DNA of 64,000 nucleotides from an uncultured Alphaproteobacteria bacterium (GTDB lineage: Bacteria > Pseudomonadota > Alphaproteobacteria > HIMB59 > GCA-002718135), in contig CACILT010000006.1 in NCBI GenBank assembly GCA_902587565.1, positions 821-64,820 on the forward strand. The letters run 5' to 3'. Numbering within the stretch: position 1 is the stretch's first letter; each line of letters opens with the position of its first letter. Both the position numbers and the translations under genes were made by a program. This document shows, piece after piece, positions 30,566 to 42,462 of this stretch. Below the pieces are notes generated by a model. The model was not told where the DNA came from. It was given only the letters and a program-made list of their open reading frames with translations, and did no database searches.

Positions 30566-32956
30566 ATGAAATTTACATTAGATTGGCTTAAAGATCATTT
30601 AGATACTTCTGAAAATTTAAATACTATAACTGATACTTTAACCAATATTGGTTTAGAGATTGAAAGTGTAGAAGATAAATCAGAAATATTTAAGAATTTT
30701 ACAGTAGCTAGAGTTTTAAATGCAGAAAAACATCCGGATGCAGATAAACTTAAAGTATGTCAGGTAGAAACAATAAATGGAAATTTTCAAGTTGTGTGCG
30801 GTGCTCCAAATGCAAGAGAAGGCATGTTTGGAATTTTTGCACCAGAAAATAGTTATATTCCTGGTACAAACTTACATCTAAAAAAAACCAAAATAAGAGG
30901 AGTTGAGTCTTGCGGAATGCTTGTATCAGAAAGAGAGATGGGTATTTCTGATGAACACGATGGTATTATTGAAATAAAAGATAATTATAAAATTGGTGAT
31001 TTATTTAGTAAAATTTTTCCAATAGATGAACCTGTTATAGAAATTAATTTAACACCAAATAGATCTGATTGTTTATCAGTCAGAGGTATAGCAAGGGATT
31101 TAGCAGCAGCTGGTATTGGTAAATTAAAAGAATTAAAATATAATAAAGTTAAAGAATCTTTTAAAAGTCCAATTACGTGGAAAAAAGAATTTCAAAATAA
31201 TAATCTATGTCCTGGAGTAGCAGGTCGATATTTCAAAAATGTCAAAAATATAGAAAGCCCTAAATGGCTTCAAGATAGGTTAACAGCAATCGGATTAAGA
31301 CCCATTTCTGCTCTTGTTGACATTACTAATTATATTACCTTTGACTTAGGAAGACCACTTCATGTTTACGATGCTGATAAAGTTTCAGGCAATTTAACAA
31401 TGCGATTAGCAAACAAAAATGAGGAATGTTTAGCATTAAATGAAGTTAATTATAAATGTGACAGTGACATGATTGTAATTTCTGACGACAAAAAAAAACT
31501 TCATGGAATTGGTGGAGTTATGGGTGGTCTCGATAGTGGTTGTAGCATGGAGACTAAAAATGTCTTTTTAGAAGTTGCGTTATTTGATCCGATTTCTGTA
31601 ACTAAAACTGGAAGAAAACTAAATCTACAAAGTGATGCGCGTTACCGTTTTGAAAGAGGGATTGATACTAACTCTATCTTTTGGGGTGTAGATGCAGCAA
31701 CTCAAATGATTTTGAAATTATGTGGAGGAGAAGTAAGTGAGTTCGTTTCTTCAGAAATTAATATAGAAAAAAATAAACCATTTATGTTTGACACAAATAA
31801 AATAAAGACTTTTGGTGGAATAGAAATCAATAATAAGGAACAGAAAAAAATCTTAGTGTCACTCGGTTTTTCTGTTAATGAAAAAAATTCAAGATTTGAA
31901 ATTCAAAGCCCTACTTTTAGACCAGATATTGTTGGTGGGGCAGATATCGTCGAAGAAATAATTAGAATTTATGGTTATAATAAAATTCCTTTAAAAAAAG
32001 TAACTAATCAAGAAGAAAAAAAGCAGATTTTAAATACTAAAACTAAAACTTTTTATAAAAGCAAAAAAACTATAGCTCTTAATGGATATTCAGAAGTTGT
32101 AACATGGTCATTTATGGATGCAAAAAAAGCAAAAATTATTTCAGATGAAATAATTAGTTTAAAAAATCCAATAAGTAACGATTTAAACACAATGCGACCA
32201 TCAACGCTGCCAAATTTATTAGAAGCAATCAATCAAAATAAAGCTAGAATGTACTTGAGAGCTAAAATATTTGAAGTAGGTCCAAATTTTTCTAAATCAT
32301 TACCAGACCAACAGGAAAATGTTGCTACAGCTATAGCTTATGGCTCATCTGATGAACAAAACTGGTTATCAAATAAAAAAAATATTGATGTCTTTAGTAT
32401 AAAGGCTGATTTATTTGCTATATTAGCAAACTTAAATGTACCAATAGATAATTTGTTATATGAAAAACTTGAAGGTCAAATCTATCATCCTGGTAAATCA
32501 TCTTCTTTAAGGCTTGGTAAAAACAAAATAGCTAATTTTGGAGAGCTGCATCCAATTTTATTAAAAACAATGGATGTTAATTTTGAGGTATTTGGTTTTG
32601 AAATATACTTGGAGAATATTTCACAATTTCAAGAAAATAAATCTTCCTCTAGAGGTGGTTTTGCTAATAATCCTTATCAAATGGTTGAAAGAGACTTTGC
32701 TTTTCTGTTTCCAAAAGATGTTAAGGCTAGTGAGATAATTAAAAAAGTAAAAAAAATAGATAAAAATATAATTCAAAATGTAACAATATTTGATGTTTAT
32801 GATGGCAAAAAACTTCCAGAAAATAAAAAAAGTATTGCTATTAGGGTATTACTGCAACCTCAAGATAAAACATTCAACGATCAAGAAATTGAGGAATTAT
32901 CAAATAAAATAATAGATGAAATATCTGAATCGCTTGATGCATCCATAAGAAACTAA
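30566..32956 (+). CDS. pheT: Phenylalanine--tRNA ligase beta subunit
   Basis: 796 aa. N-terminal tRNA-binding domain ([13 protein letters not shown]), B3/4 and B5 domains, and a C-terminal FDX-ACB-like domain. It directly follows pheS. Confidence 0.95.
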   Translation: MKFTLDWLKDHLDTSENLNTITDTLTNIGLEIESVEDKSEIFKNFTVARVLNAEKHPDADKLKVCQVETINGNFQVVCGAPNAREGMFGIFAPENSYIPGTNLHLKKTKIRGVESCGMLVSEREMGISDEHDGIIEIKDNYKIGDLFSKIFPIDEPVIEINLTPNRSDCLSVRGIARDLAAAGIGKLKELKYNKVKESFKSPITWKKEFQNNNLCPGVAGRYFKNVKNIESPKWLQDRLTAIGLRPISALVDITNYITFDLGRPLHVYDADKVSGNLTMRLANKNEECLALNEVNYKCDSDMIVISDDKKKLHGIGGVMGGLDSGCSMETKNVFLEVALFDPISVTKTGRKLNLQSDARYRFERGIDTNSIFWGVDAATQMILKLCGGEVSEFVSSEINIEKNKPFMFDTNKIKTFGGIEINNKEQKKILVSLGFSVNEKNSRFEIQSPTFRPDIVGGADIVEEIIRIYGYNKIPLKKVTNQEEKKQILNTKTKTFYKSKKTIALNGYSEVVTWSFMDAKKAKIISDEIISLKNPISNDLNTMRPSTLPNLLEAINQNKARMYLRAKIFEVGPNFSKSLPDQQENVATAIAYGSSDEQNWLSNKKNIDVFSIKADLFAILANLNVPIDNLLYEKLEGQIYHPGKSSSLRLGKNKIANFGELHPILLKTMDVNFEVFGFEIYLENISQFQENKSSSRGGFANNPYQMVERDFAFLFPKDVKASEIIKKVKKIDKNIIQNVTIFDVYDGKKLPENKKSIAIRVLLQPQDKTFNDQEIEELSNKIIDEISESLDASIRN

Positions 32957-34758
32957 TGACAGAACTTAGTTCTATTCGTAATTTCTCCATAGTTGCTCAC
33001 ATAGATCATGGAAAATCAACGTTAGCCGATAGATTAATACAGTTTTGTGGTGGTTTAACTGATAGAGAGATGAAAGAGCAGGTTCTGGATTCAATGGAAT
33101 TAGAAAGAGAAAGGGGTATTACAATAAAAGCTCAAACAGTTAGACTTCTCTACAAATCAAAAAATGGCAAAACTTACATACTCAATATTATGGACACTCC
33201 AGGTCATGTTGATTTCTCATATGAAGTATCAAGATCTTTAGCAGCATGTGAGGGCTCTTTATTAATAGTTGATTCTACACAGGGTGTTGAGGCTCAAACA
33301 TTAGCTAATGCCTATCAGGCAATTAATAATGATCATGAAATCTTGCCTGTCCTAAATAAAATTGACCTTCCTTCATCTGAGCCAAATAAAATAAAATCTC
33401 AAATTGAAGATGTGCTAGGTATTGAAACTGATAATGCGTCTCTTGTTTCAGCAAAAACAGGTGTTGGTATAGAAGATTTATTAAATAAAATCATAACACT
33501 TCTACCAGCTCCATCAGGTGAAATTAGTAAAGAATTGAAATGTATGTTAGTTGATAGTTGGTATGACAGCTATCTTGGTGTTGTAGTACTTGTAAGAGTT
33601 ATAAATGGAGAGTTAATAAAAGGTCAGAAAATAAGATTTATGGCAACAGGTGCTACATATACAATTGATAGAGTTGGAATATTTTCTCCTAAGGCCACAG
33701 AAGTTGATAACCTTGGACCTGGAGAAATTGGATTCATAAATTCCGGTATTAAAAGTGTTTCTGATTGTAAAGTTGGTGACACAATAACAGATGATAAACG
33801 TCCAACGGAAGAAGTGCTCCCTGGTTTTAAACCATCTCAACCTGTTGTTTTTTGTGGAATGTTCCCCGTTGACTCAGATGACTATGAACATATGCGAGAT
33901 AGTATGTCTAAACTAGCTCTGAATGACTCAAGTTTTTCTTATGAACCAGAAGTAAGTCCTGCTTTAGGTTATGGTTTTCGTTGTGGTTTTTTAGGATTAT
34001 TGCATTTAGAAATTATTAGAGATCGGTTTGAAAGAGAATTTAATCTAGAACTTGTAACTACTGCACCATCAGTCGTTTACAAAATTTTAATGAAAGATGG
34101 ATCAATTATAAATCTTCATAATCCTACTGACATGCCGGATCCTGTAAAAGTTGAAAATATTTCTGAACCTTGGATTAAGGCTACAATAATAGTACCTGAA
34201 GAATTCTTAGGATCAGTGTTAGAATTATGTACCTCAAAAAGAGGTATTCAACAAAATATGAGTTATGCAGGTAATAGACCTTTAGTTGAATATAAACTTC
34301 CGCTAAATGAAGTCGTTTTTGATTTTTATGATAGATTAAAATCAATTACCAAAGGGTATGCAAGTTTTGATTATGAAATTACAGGATATGAGGTAAATAA
34401 TTTAGTTAAAGTAGGCATTCTTATCAATGGAGATCCAGTAGATGCTTTATCATTAATTGTTCACAAAGATAGATCTGAGCAAAGAGGTAGAGCACTCTGT
34501 GAAAGACTAAAAGATTTAATCCCGAGACAACAATTTAAAGTTGCAATTCAAGCTGCAATTGGAGGTAAAGTAATTGCTCGTGAAACAGTAGCTTCATTTA
34601 GAAAAGATGTAACTCAAAAGCTTTACGGTGGAGATGTAACAAGGAAAAATAAACTCTTAGATAAGCAAAAAAAAGGTAAAAAAAGAATGAGACAGTTTGG
34701 TAAAGTTGATATTCCACAAAATACTTTTTTAAATGCTTTAAAAATGAATGATAATTAA
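32956..34758 (+). CDS. lepA: Elongation factor 4 (LepA)
   Basis: GTPase motifs [17 protein letters not shown] and NKID, plus the LepA-specific C-terminal domain. 600 aa. Confidence 0.96.
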   Translation: MTELSSIRNFSIVAHIDHGKSTLADRLIQFCGGLTDREMKEQVLDSMELERERGITIKAQTVRLLYKSKNGKTYILNIMDTPGHVDFSYEVSRSLAACEGSLLIVDSTQGVEAQTLANAYQAINNDHEILPVLNKIDLPSSEPNKIKSQIEDVLGIETDNASLVSAKTGVGIEDLLNKIITLLPAPSGEISKELKCMLVDSWYDSYLGVVVLVRVINGELIKGQKIRFMATGATYTIDRVGIFSPKATEVDNLGPGEIGFINSGIKSVSDCKVGDTITDDKRPTEEVLPGFKPSQPVVFCGMFPVDSDDYEHMRDSMSKLALNDSSFSYEPEVSPALGYGFRCGFLGLLHLEIIRDRFEREFNLELVTTAPSVVYKILMKDGSIINLHNPTDMPDPVKVENISEPWIKATIIVPEEFLGSVLELCTSKRGIQQNMSYAGNRPLVEYKLPLNEVVFDFYDRLKSITKGYASFDYEITGYEVNNLVKVGILINGDPVDALSLIVHKDRSEQRGRALCERLKDLIPRQQFKVAIQAAIGGKVIARETVASFRKDVTQKLYGGDVTRKNKLLDKQKKGKKRMRQFGKVDIPQNTFLNALKMNDN

Positions 34759-34763
34759 ATTAA

Positions 34764-34853
34764 GGAGAGATGTGAGAGTGGTTTAATCAGCACGCTTGGA
34801 AAGCGTGTGTAGTAGCAATACTACCGAGGGTTCGAATCCCTCTCTCTCCGCCA
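34764..34853 (+). tRNA. tRNA-Ser (anticodon GGA)
   Basis: 90 nt. Perfect 7-bp acceptor stem GGAGAGA/TCTCTCC. Anticodon stem CACGC/GCGTG with loop TTGGAAA, giving anticodon GGA. Long variable arm GTAGTA-GCAA-TACTAC (class II). T-loop GGTTCGAATCC. The 3' CCA is encoded. Confidence 0.93.
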
Positions 34854-34867
34854 CGCTATATTCTAAA

Positions 34868-36847
34868 TCAAATTTTTTTGCACCAAAATTGATACATTCC
34901 AGCAAATATTCTCGGATTATTTTTTTCATATTCTTCCCATTTTTCAAGATTATATAAATCAATTTTATTATTATATATTTCTTTAAAATTTTCTTTAACC
35001 AATTGGTCTTCAAATCCTAGAAAGATTAATCCTAATTTATCTAAATATTCTTTTATTTTACTTATTGTAAATCTATGTTCTTGAACATGAAACAACAAAT
35101 CTCTTACACCACTAACTGAATAAAAATCTGGACTTGATTTAATATAATTCCAATGATCATCATTATTATTAATTAAATCTTTTCTAAATTTAATGATGTT
35201 TTTATAATTAGATTTAAGTCTGAGTTTATTAATTTTATTTTTAATCTCTTTTATATGTTGTCTCGCTAATTCACTATACAATCCAATAAGCATTAAAGAA
35301 TCATTATTCATACATGAGGTTAATATTTTCCATCCTTTAAATGGATTGTCCATATGATGAAGAACACCAACAGACTCAATTATATCAAACTTTCTATCTA
35401 TTGATTCTAAATCTAGGATATTCCCTTGAATAAAATCAATATTATTAATATTGAGTTTATTTGCCTTTCTTTTTGCGTAAGATAAACTTCTAAAACTTAA
35501 ATCCAGAGCAAGTATTTTAGATTTTTTATATTTTGAAGCAGTTGTTATGGCATGCTGACCAGTGCCACAACCAGCAATTAGGATTTCAGGACTTTCAGAA
35601 TTTGTTATTTTTTGTAAATCTAAATTTAAATCACTATCATTTATTACATCTTCTACTTTTCTAGGTTCAATACTCAATCCAAGATTTTCCCATCTAGGAT
35701 AGGGATTTTCTTCATATTGTTTTTTTACCTTAATAGAAACCTGATCTTCTACTTTTGATATTGACTTTATTGATTTAGATATTTGATCTTCAATTTCATT
35801 ATTTTTGATTTGTAATTCAAATATTTCTTTTAATTTATCTGAAAATTCAATTTTATTAGACCAGCTAAAATTAGTTAAAGGGTCATAACATGATAGGCAT
35901 AATATTTCTACATCACTAATTTTTTTATTTTCTTTTAAATTGTTTTTAATTCTTTCATCAATTTTTTTTATTTTTTCTATCTCATCTTTTGATTTATCAT
36001 ATATGTATTCATTAAGAAAACATTGCATAGATAAAGAAATTAAAAAATTAATATGATTTTTATCAATTTGTAATTTGTATGTTTGGTTCAAAATTTCTTT
36101 TCTTATCTTAACAAAATTTTTTTCAATATAATTATCAGGAATAGGACAAACTTTCATAAATTGCATTAGAAGAGCGTTCTTCTGTAAACTTTTCAAAACA
36201 TAATTAAAATCCTCATTAGTTATTTTATCCTTAATTAAAGATAAATTCTTCTTAAGATCTGTATTTAAAAATAAACTATTTAAAACATTAGGAGCAATAG
36301 AATTTGGCCTAACAATAATTTTTTCTTTTAAAAGATATAAAAGATATTTATTAATATTTTTATTCTTTACATTTATTTTATAAAACTGCAGTGCTCCTGC
36401 TAAATTGTAATATGCTACTTTATAATTTGAATTGATTTCTAAAGTTGATGAATAATATTCAATAGCTTTTTTGTTTAAACCTTTTCTTCTATATATATTA
36501 CCAAGATTATTATGAGCTTTAAAATAATTTTTGTCTAGTTCTATAACCTTTTTATAATTTTCTATTGCTTTCTCTTCTTCATCTAATTTTATGAAAATAT
36601 TAGCTAAGTTATAATAACCATCAGTATATTTAGGATTTAGATTTACTACTTTGATAAATAAATTTTTTGCTAACTCATAATTTTTAAGCTCTGTGTGTAC
36701 TACGCCTTGTATATTTTGTAGAAGAATTGATTTAGGAAAATTATCTAGCAATTCATTTGATAATTTCATAAGTTTATCAAATTTTTTTTTATCGAATAAT
36801 GATATTAATTCTTTTATTTTAATTTCTGAAGGCTCTAGAGAACTCAT
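34868..36847 (-). CDS. TPR-repeat protein fused to a class I SAM-dependent methyltransferase domain
   Basis: The N-terminal ~160 aa carry about four TPR units (AKNLF..NPKY.DGYYNLANI..., AIENYKKVIELDKNYFKAHNNLGNIY...). The C-terminus has SAM motif I ILIAGCGTGQH and motif DIIESVGVLHH. The middle ~250 aa have no motif I recognise. Confidence 0.75.
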   Translation of the reverse strand: MSSLEPSEIKIKELISLFDKKKFDKLMKLSNELLDNFPKSILLQNIQGVVHTELKNYELAKNLFIKVVNLNPKYTDGYYNLANIFIKLDEEEKAIENYKKVIELDKNYFKAHNNLGNIYRRKGLNKKAIEYYSSTLEINSNYKVAYYNLAGALQFYKINVKNKNINKYLLYLLKEKIIVRPNSIAPNVLNSLFLNTDLKKNLSLIKDKITNEDFNYVLKSLQKNALLMQFMKVCPIPDNYIEKNFVKIRKEILNQTYKLQIDKNHINFLISLSMQCFLNEYIYDKSKDEIEKIKKIDERIKNNLKENKKISDVEILCLSCYDPLTNFSWSNKIEFSDKLKEIFELQIKNNEIEDQISKSIKSISKVEDQVSIKVKKQYEENPYPRWENLGLSIEPRKVEDVINDSDLNLDLQKITNSESPEILIAGCGTGQHAITTASKYKKSKILALDLSFRSLSYAKRKANKLNINNIDFIQGNILDLESIDRKFDIIESVGVLHHMDNPFKGWKILTSCMNNDSLMLIGLYSELARQHIKEIKNKINKLRLKSNYKNIIKFRKDLINNNDDHWNYIKSSPDFYSVSGVRDLLFHVQEHRFTISKIKEYLDKLGLIFLGFEDQLVKENFKEIYNNKIDLYNLEKWEEYEKNNPRIFAGMYQFWCKKI

Positions 36848-38425
36848 TTAAATTACAGAAGAAATAAGTTTTTTAGTATACTCAGACTTAGGTGCTTTGA
36901 AAATATTACTACTAATATTTTCTTCTACAATTAATCCGTCTTTTAATACAATTATCCTATCTGATATTGCTTTGATGACTGTCATATCATGACTGATAAA
37001 TATATAGCTAAGTTGAAGTTGTGCTTGAAGTTTATTTAGAAGATTTAGTATTTGATTTTGTATTGTTACATCTAAAGCTGATGTTGGTTCATCTAATATT
37101 AAAATTTTTGGCTCCAAAATAAGAGCCCTTGCAATAGCAATTCTTTGACGTTGACCACCTGAAAATTCATGAGGATATTTTTCAATTGTATTTTTATACT
37201 CTAATCCAACTTTATCTAATATATTTTTTATTTTTTCTTCTTTTTGTTTTTTATTTATATTTGGATAATGAATTAACAAACCTTCAGAAATAATATCTTC
37301 TATGTTCATCCTTGGACTTAATGATGAAAATGGATCTTGAAAGACGATCTGTATTTCCTTTCTTAAATTTAACACTTCTTTTTTATTTAATTGTCTAAGG
37401 TCTTTACTGTTTATTTTTATTTTTCCTTTTGATTTTATTAAATTTAAAATTGCTAAAATTAGAGATGTTTTTCCAGAACCAGATTCTCCAACAATACCAA
37501 TGCTTTCACCCTTTTTTAAATCAAAACTTACACTTTTAATTGCTTTAACATAATCAACTGTTCTTTTAAGAAAACCTTTCTTAATTGGATACCATACATC
37601 TAAATTATCTACTTTTAAGATTGAATCTGAATCAAAAATTTTACTCTCTTTAACATTACTCTGATACGAAACTAATTCTTTTGTATACTCATTTTTTGGA
37701 TTATTAAATATTTCATCATTTGTACCAAATTCTACAATTTTACCATTTTTCATTACGTAAATATAATCTGATAATTTTTTTACTACTGATAAATCATGAC
37801 TTATAAAAACTAAAGACATCCCTAGTCTTGATTGTATATTTTTTAGCAGTTCTAAAATTTGTAATTGAATTGTAACATCTAATGCCGTTGTTGGCTCATC
37901 AGCAATAAGAACTTCTGGATTATTTGCAATGCTCATTGCGATCATAGCTCTTTGTCTCTGTCCACCTGATAATTCATATGGATATATTTTTGGCCTTGAT
38001 GCAATGTTATCTAAGCCAACTTCTTTTAATAAATTTATAGTTTTTTTCTTAGCTTCATTCTTGTTAATTACATTGTGGGTTGTAATAATCTCCTCAATTT
38101 GTTTGTTAATAGTATGCAGAGGATTTAAACTAGTCATGGGTTCTTGAAAAATCGTAGAAATTTTATTTCCTCTTATTTTTTGTATTTCACTTTCATTCAA
38201 TTTCAATAAATTAACATTATTAAAAAATATATTACCATTTTTTATTTCAGCACCATTAGGTAGAAGCTTTAAAATACTTAGTGCAGATAAAGTTTTGCCT
38301 GAACCTGACTCACCAACAATAGCGGTAGTTTTTCCTTTTATAACGTCTAGATTTATATTTTTTACTACTTCAATGTTTTTATTAAATTCAATTGTAAGAT
38401 TTTGTATTGAAACTATTTTATCCAT
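36848..38425 (-). CDS. yejF: Peptide-type ABC importer, fused double ATP-binding protein (YejF-like)
   Basis: Two complete cassettes (GESGSGKT twice, LSGGQRQR twice). 525 aa. It is last in a yejA-B-E-F ordered operon. Confidence 0.85.
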   Translation of the reverse strand: MDKIVSIQNLTIEFNKNIEVVKNINLDVIKGKTTAIVGESGSGKTLSALSILKLLPNGAEIKNGNIFFNNVNLLKLNESEIQKIRGNKISTIFQEPMTSLNPLHTINKQIEEIITTHNVINKNEAKKKTINLLKEVGLDNIASRPKIYPYELSGGQRQRAMIAMSIANNPEVLIADEPTTALDVTIQLQILELLKNIQSRLGMSLVFISHDLSVVKKLSDYIYVMKNGKIVEFGTNDEIFNNPKNEYTKELVSYQSNVKESKIFDSDSILKVDNLDVWYPIKKGFLKRTVDYVKAIKSVSFDLKKGESIGIVGESGSGKTSLILAILNLIKSKGKIKINSKDLRQLNKKEVLNLRKEIQIVFQDPFSSLSPRMNIEDIISEGLLIHYPNINKKQKEEKIKNILDKVGLEYKNTIEKYPHEFSGGQRQRIAIARALILEPKILILDEPTSALDVTIQNQILNLLNKLQAQLQLSYIFISHDMTVIKAISDRIIVLKDGLIVEENISSNIFKAPKSEYTKKLISSVI

Positions 38426-38426
38426 T

Positions 38427-39455
38427 TTAATTAAAAGTCTTTCTGGGGTCTAAAGAGTCTCTAATTGCTTCACCTACAAAAACTAAAAGACCTAACATCA
38501 AACCTAAGGTTAAAAAACTTGTAATTCCAAGCCATGGAGCTTGTAAATTATTCCTTCCTTGATTTACCATTTCTCCTAATGATGCTGACCCTGGTGGTAA
38601 GCCAAAACCTAAAAAATCAAGACCTGATAATGCAGTTACAGAAGCGCTTAAACTGAATGGAAGAAAAGTAACGGTAGCAATAGTAGCATTAGGTAACATG
38701 TGCCTAATCATTATTCTTATGTTCGACACACCTAGTGCTTTTGCAGCTCTTATATAGTCAAAATTCCTTGCTCTTAAAAATTCTGCACGAACTACACCAA
38801 CATAACCCATCCAACTAAAAAGTAATAAGATAATTAAAAGCCACCAAAAATTTGGTTGAATTACACTAGCCAAAATTATTAAGACATACAAAGTTGGAAT
38901 GGCTGACCAGACTTCCATAAATCTTTGAAAGAATAAATCAGTCTTTCCTCCAAAATAACCCTGTATTGCTCCTGCAGATACTCCTATAATCATCGAAAAA
39001 AATGTTAAAGTAAATCCAAATAATACAGATATTCGGAAACCATAGATTAATCTTGATAGTACATCTCTTGCTTGATCATCAGTACCAAGCCAATTTTTAT
39101 TCGAAGGTGGTGAAGGAGCTGGAGCGGATAAATCTCTTATTATAGTATTATATGAATATGGAATTATAGGCATAATCATCCAACCATTTTCCTCAATTAA
39201 GTTTTTAACATATGGATCTTTATAATCTGCCTCTGTTTCAAAATCTCCTCCAAATGTTGTTTCTGAATAGAAAGAAAATATTGGATAATAAAAGTTGGAG
39301 TTATATTTTACTAATAAGGGTTTTTCATTTGCAATAAAATTAGCAAACAAAGAAATAATAAATAAAAAACTGAATATCCAAAAAGAATAATAACCTCTTT
39401 TATTGTTTTTGAAATTATTTAGTCTTCTTTGATTTAATTTAGATAATTTAATCAT
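38427..39455 (-). CDS. yejE: Peptide-type ABC importer permease (YejE-like)
   Basis: Polytopic membrane protein of 342 aa with the [13 protein letters not shown] motif typical of DppC/OppC-type permeases. Confidence 0.82.
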   Translation of the reverse strand: MIKLSKLNQRRLNNFKNNKRGYYSFWIFSFLFIISLFANFIANEKPLLVKYNSNFYYPIFSFYSETTFGGDFETEADYKDPYVKNLIEENGWMIMPIIPYSYNTIIRDLSAPAPSPPSNKNWLGTDDQARDVLSRLIYGFRISVLFGFTLTFFSMIIGVSAGAIQGYFGGKTDLFFQRFMEVWSAIPTLYVLIILASVIQPNFWWLLIILLLFSWMGYVGVVRAEFLRARNFDYIRAAKALGVSNIRIMIRHMLPNATIATVTFLPFSLSASVTALSGLDFLGFGLPPGSASLGEMVNQGRNNLQAPWLGITSFLTLGLMLGLLVFVGEAIRDSLDPRKTFN

Positions 39456-40555
39456 TGTCTTGATTCAAAATCTATACGTGGATCAATAATTGAGTACATA
39501 AAATCACCAATTATTCCCATAACCAAACCGAGCAGTGAGAAAAAATAAAGTGTTGCAAATATAACTGGATAATCCCTAGTCAGAGCAGCTTCGTATCCTA
39601 GTAAACCTAAACCATCTAAAGAAAAAATAACCTCAATGAACAGAGAACTTGAAAAAAGAATTCCAATAAATGCTGATGGAAAACCAGCAATTACTATTAA
39701 CATTGCATTTCTAAATACATGACCATAAAGAACCTTTCTTTCAGTTAAACCTTTAGACCGTGCTGTGATTACATATTGTTGATTTACTTGATCAAGAAAT
39801 GAATTTTTTGTTAAAAAAGTCAGTCCAGCAAACCCGCTTACAAGCATTGCAGTTAAAGGCAGTGCTAAATGCCAGAAGTAATCTAATATTTTTTGAAATA
39901 ATGTTAACTCATCAAAATTTTCTGAAAATAAACCTCTTAGAGGAAAAATATCATAAAACCTTCCTCCTGCAAAAAATACTATTAGTATTACAGCAAATAA
40001 AAAATTTGGTATTGCATAACCAATTGTTACAATTGAACTTGATACTATATCAAACTTTGATCCATCCTTTATTGCTTTTCTTATACCAAGAGGAATAGAT
40101 ATTAAATAAACTAATAAAGTTGTCCATAAACCAAGTGATATTGAAACTGGCATTTTATCTAAAACAATAGAAGTAACTTTTTGATCTCTAAAAAAACTTT
40201 CTCCAAAATCAAAGGTTAAATAATCTTTTAACATTTTGATAAAACGTTGATGTGCTGGTTTGTCCATTCCATACATCTTTTCTATTTCTTTTATGACATC
40301 TGGGTCGAGGCCTTGTGCTCCTCTATATTTACTATCATTAACAGATGTAGAATTATCTCGATTAAAGTCTAAAGTTTCACCCTCGCCACCACCAGAAAAT
40401 CGAGCTGTTGACTCAACTGCTGTACCAGTCATTTGTGCAATCATTTGTTCTACTGGGCCTCCTGGAACAATTTGAATTATTGCAAAATTTATAATCATTA
40501 TCCCAAAAAGAGTTGGGATAATTAATAGAAGTCTTTTTAATAAATAAGCACCCAT
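39452..40555 (-). CDS. yejB: Peptide-type ABC importer permease (YejB-like)
   Basis: Polytopic membrane protein of 367 aa with the [20 protein letters not shown]-terminus typical of DppB/OppB-type permeases. Confidence 0.82.
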   Translation of the reverse strand: MGAYLLKRLLLIIPTLFGIMIINFAIIQIVPGGPVEQMIAQMTGTAVESTARFSGGGEGETLDFNRDNSTSVNDSKYRGAQGLDPDVIKEIEKMYGMDKPAHQRFIKMLKDYLTFDFGESFFRDQKVTSIVLDKMPVSISLGLWTTLLVYLISIPLGIRKAIKDGSKFDIVSSSIVTIGYAIPNFLFAVILIVFFAGGRFYDIFPLRGLFSENFDELTLFQKILDYFWHLALPLTAMLVSGFAGLTFLTKNSFLDQVNQQYVITARSKGLTERKVLYGHVFRNAMLIVIAGFPSAFIGILFSSSLFIEVIFSLDGLGLLGYEAALTRDYPVIFATLYFFSLLGLVMGIIGDFMYSIIDPRIDFESRQ

Positions 40556-40594
40556 ATTGTGCTATTTTATATTATTTCTAATAAACTTTAATAA

Positions 40595-42421
40595 TTAGTT
40601 TGATGTTCTATTTGATTGGATTGTTTCAAATTTATTCTGATTAATCCACCATGTATCAAAGCCTAAAGAATATTTTGGTTTTATTTTTGGTTGATCAAAA
40701 AAATCCCAATACAGAACTCTGTATGAGGAGATATGCCATTGTGGAATAACATAATAATTCCATAGAAGAACACGATCTAGAGCTTTGGTTATTGTAATTA
40801 ATTCTTCTCTATCACTAGCATTAATTAGACTTTCAATTAATCCATCTACAGCATAATTTTTTATACCAACAACATTTCTAGAGCCATCAGTGTCTGCAGC
40901 ATCAGAACCCCAAAAATTTCTCTGCTCGTTACCTGGAGATAAAGATTGACCAAATGTTTGCACAACCATATCAAAATCAAATGTTTCCATTCTTTTTTGA
41001 TATTGTGCACTATCAATTGTTCTCACTTCTGCAATGATTCCTAATTTTTCAAGATTATCTTTAAATGGAAAAACTATTCTCTCAAAAGCTGGTGATCGTA
41101 ATAAGATTTCAAATTCAAAAGGTTCTTTTGTACTAGAATGTATAAGTATACCATTAACTAATTCCCATCCTGATTCTTCTAAAAGTTTTGAAGCTTCTTG
41201 CAATTGCATCCTCATATAACCGGAGCCATCTGTAACAGGATTTGTATATACTTCTGTAAATATTTCTTTTGGCAGTACATCAAAATATGGATTTAAATAT
41301 TTTAATTCTTCTTTTGAAGGAAGGCCAGAGGAAGCAAGTTCTGAATTTTCAAAAAAGCTATCTGTTCTTTTATATGCATCAAAGAATAAATTTTTATTAG
41401 ACCACTCAAAATCAAAAGCATAAGAAAGAGCCTTTCTTACTCTTCTATCTTTAAATTTATCTTTTCTTATATTAAATGCAAAACCTTGCATACCTTGTGG
41501 ATTTTCATGACTTATTAATTCTTTTTTAATTAAGCCTTCATTCACAGAGTTTATATCATACGCAGTTGCCCATTCTTTTGATGAATTTTCAGAGAAGAAA
41601 TCAATCTCACCAGATTTAAAAGCTTCTCTTTCGATGCCTCTGTCTTTGTAATAATCATATCTAATAGTGCCGAAGTTATCTTTACCAATTTTAATTGGTA
41701 TTGATGCACCAAAACCCCAATAATTTTGATCTAGTTCGTAAGTAATTGATCTTCCACTATCAAAAGATTTAATTTTATATGGACCACTTCCAATTGGTAT
41801 TTCTAAAGATGTTTCTTCAAAATTTTTATTTTCCCAATAATGTTTTGGCAGGACTGGTAATTGACCAACAATTAAAACTAACTCTTTATTTGTGTTTGTA
41901 GTAAAATTAAATCTCACTTTATCTTCTTGTTCTTTGATTACTTCTTTTACATCTCCATAGTAGTATTTATAAAATGGGTGACCTTTTTCCATTAGGGTAT
42001 TAAATGTCCAAACAACATCGTCAGCTGTAATTTTTTTCCCATCGTGCCAATAAGCTTCATTTCTTAATGTAAATGAAACCCAAGATCTATCATCTGGCCA
42101 CTCAATCGTTTCTGCCAATAATCCGTATTCCGTAAATGCTTCATCACTTGATCCCGTTGTTAATGTTTCATACAATCCTCCAATTCCAGCTGCTGAGGTA
42201 CCTTTTAAAATAAACGGATTAAAACTGTCGTAGGTTCCAATGGCACTTCTTACTATTAATCCACCCTTTATTGAATTTGGATTAATGTATTCAACATTTT
42301 CAAAATCTTTTGAGTATTTTGGCTCACCATGCATTGCAATTGCATGTGAAATATTAGTATTTGCTTGTGCTTTTAATTGAAAAATTAGAGTAAACGTAAA
42401 GATCAAAGTGAGTATTTTCAT
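40595..42421 (-). CDS. yejA: Periplasmic solute-binding protein family 5 (YejA-like)
   Basis: Signal peptide MKILTLIFTFTLIFQLKAQA. 608 aa, matching the long YejA-type cluster C binding proteins. It is first in the operon. Confidence 0.82.
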   Translation of the reverse strand: MKILTLIFTFTLIFQLKAQANTNISHAIAMHGEPKYSKDFENVEYINPNSIKGGLIVRSAIGTYDSFNPFILKGTSAAGIGGLYETLTTGSSDEAFTEYGLLAETIEWPDDRSWVSFTLRNEAYWHDGKKITADDVVWTFNTLMEKGHPFYKYYYGDVKEVIKEQEDKVRFNFTTNTNKELVLIVGQLPVLPKHYWENKNFEETSLEIPIGSGPYKIKSFDSGRSITYELDQNYWGFGASIPIKIGKDNFGTIRYDYYKDRGIEREAFKSGEIDFFSENSSKEWATAYDINSVNEGLIKKELISHENPQGMQGFAFNIRKDKFKDRRVRKALSYAFDFEWSNKNLFFDAYKRTDSFFENSELASSGLPSKEELKYLNPYFDVLPKEIFTEVYTNPVTDGSGYMRMQLQEASKLLEESGWELVNGILIHSSTKEPFEFEILLRSPAFERIVFPFKDNLEKLGIIAEVRTIDSAQYQKRMETFDFDMVVQTFGQSLSPGNEQRNFWGSDAADTDGSRNVVGIKNYAVDGLIESLINASDREELITITKALDRVLLWNYYVIPQWHISSYRVLYWDFFDQPKIKPKYSLGFDTWWINQNKFETIQSNRTSN

Positions 42422-42462
42422 ATTTGTAATATATGTCTATTTATTAAAAATTAAAATAAATT

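Noticed and set aside
34783-35013. A 76-aa minus-strand ORF.
   Set aside because: It overlaps the tRNA-Ser gene and the 3' end of the TPR-methyltransferase gene in another frame, so it is spurious.
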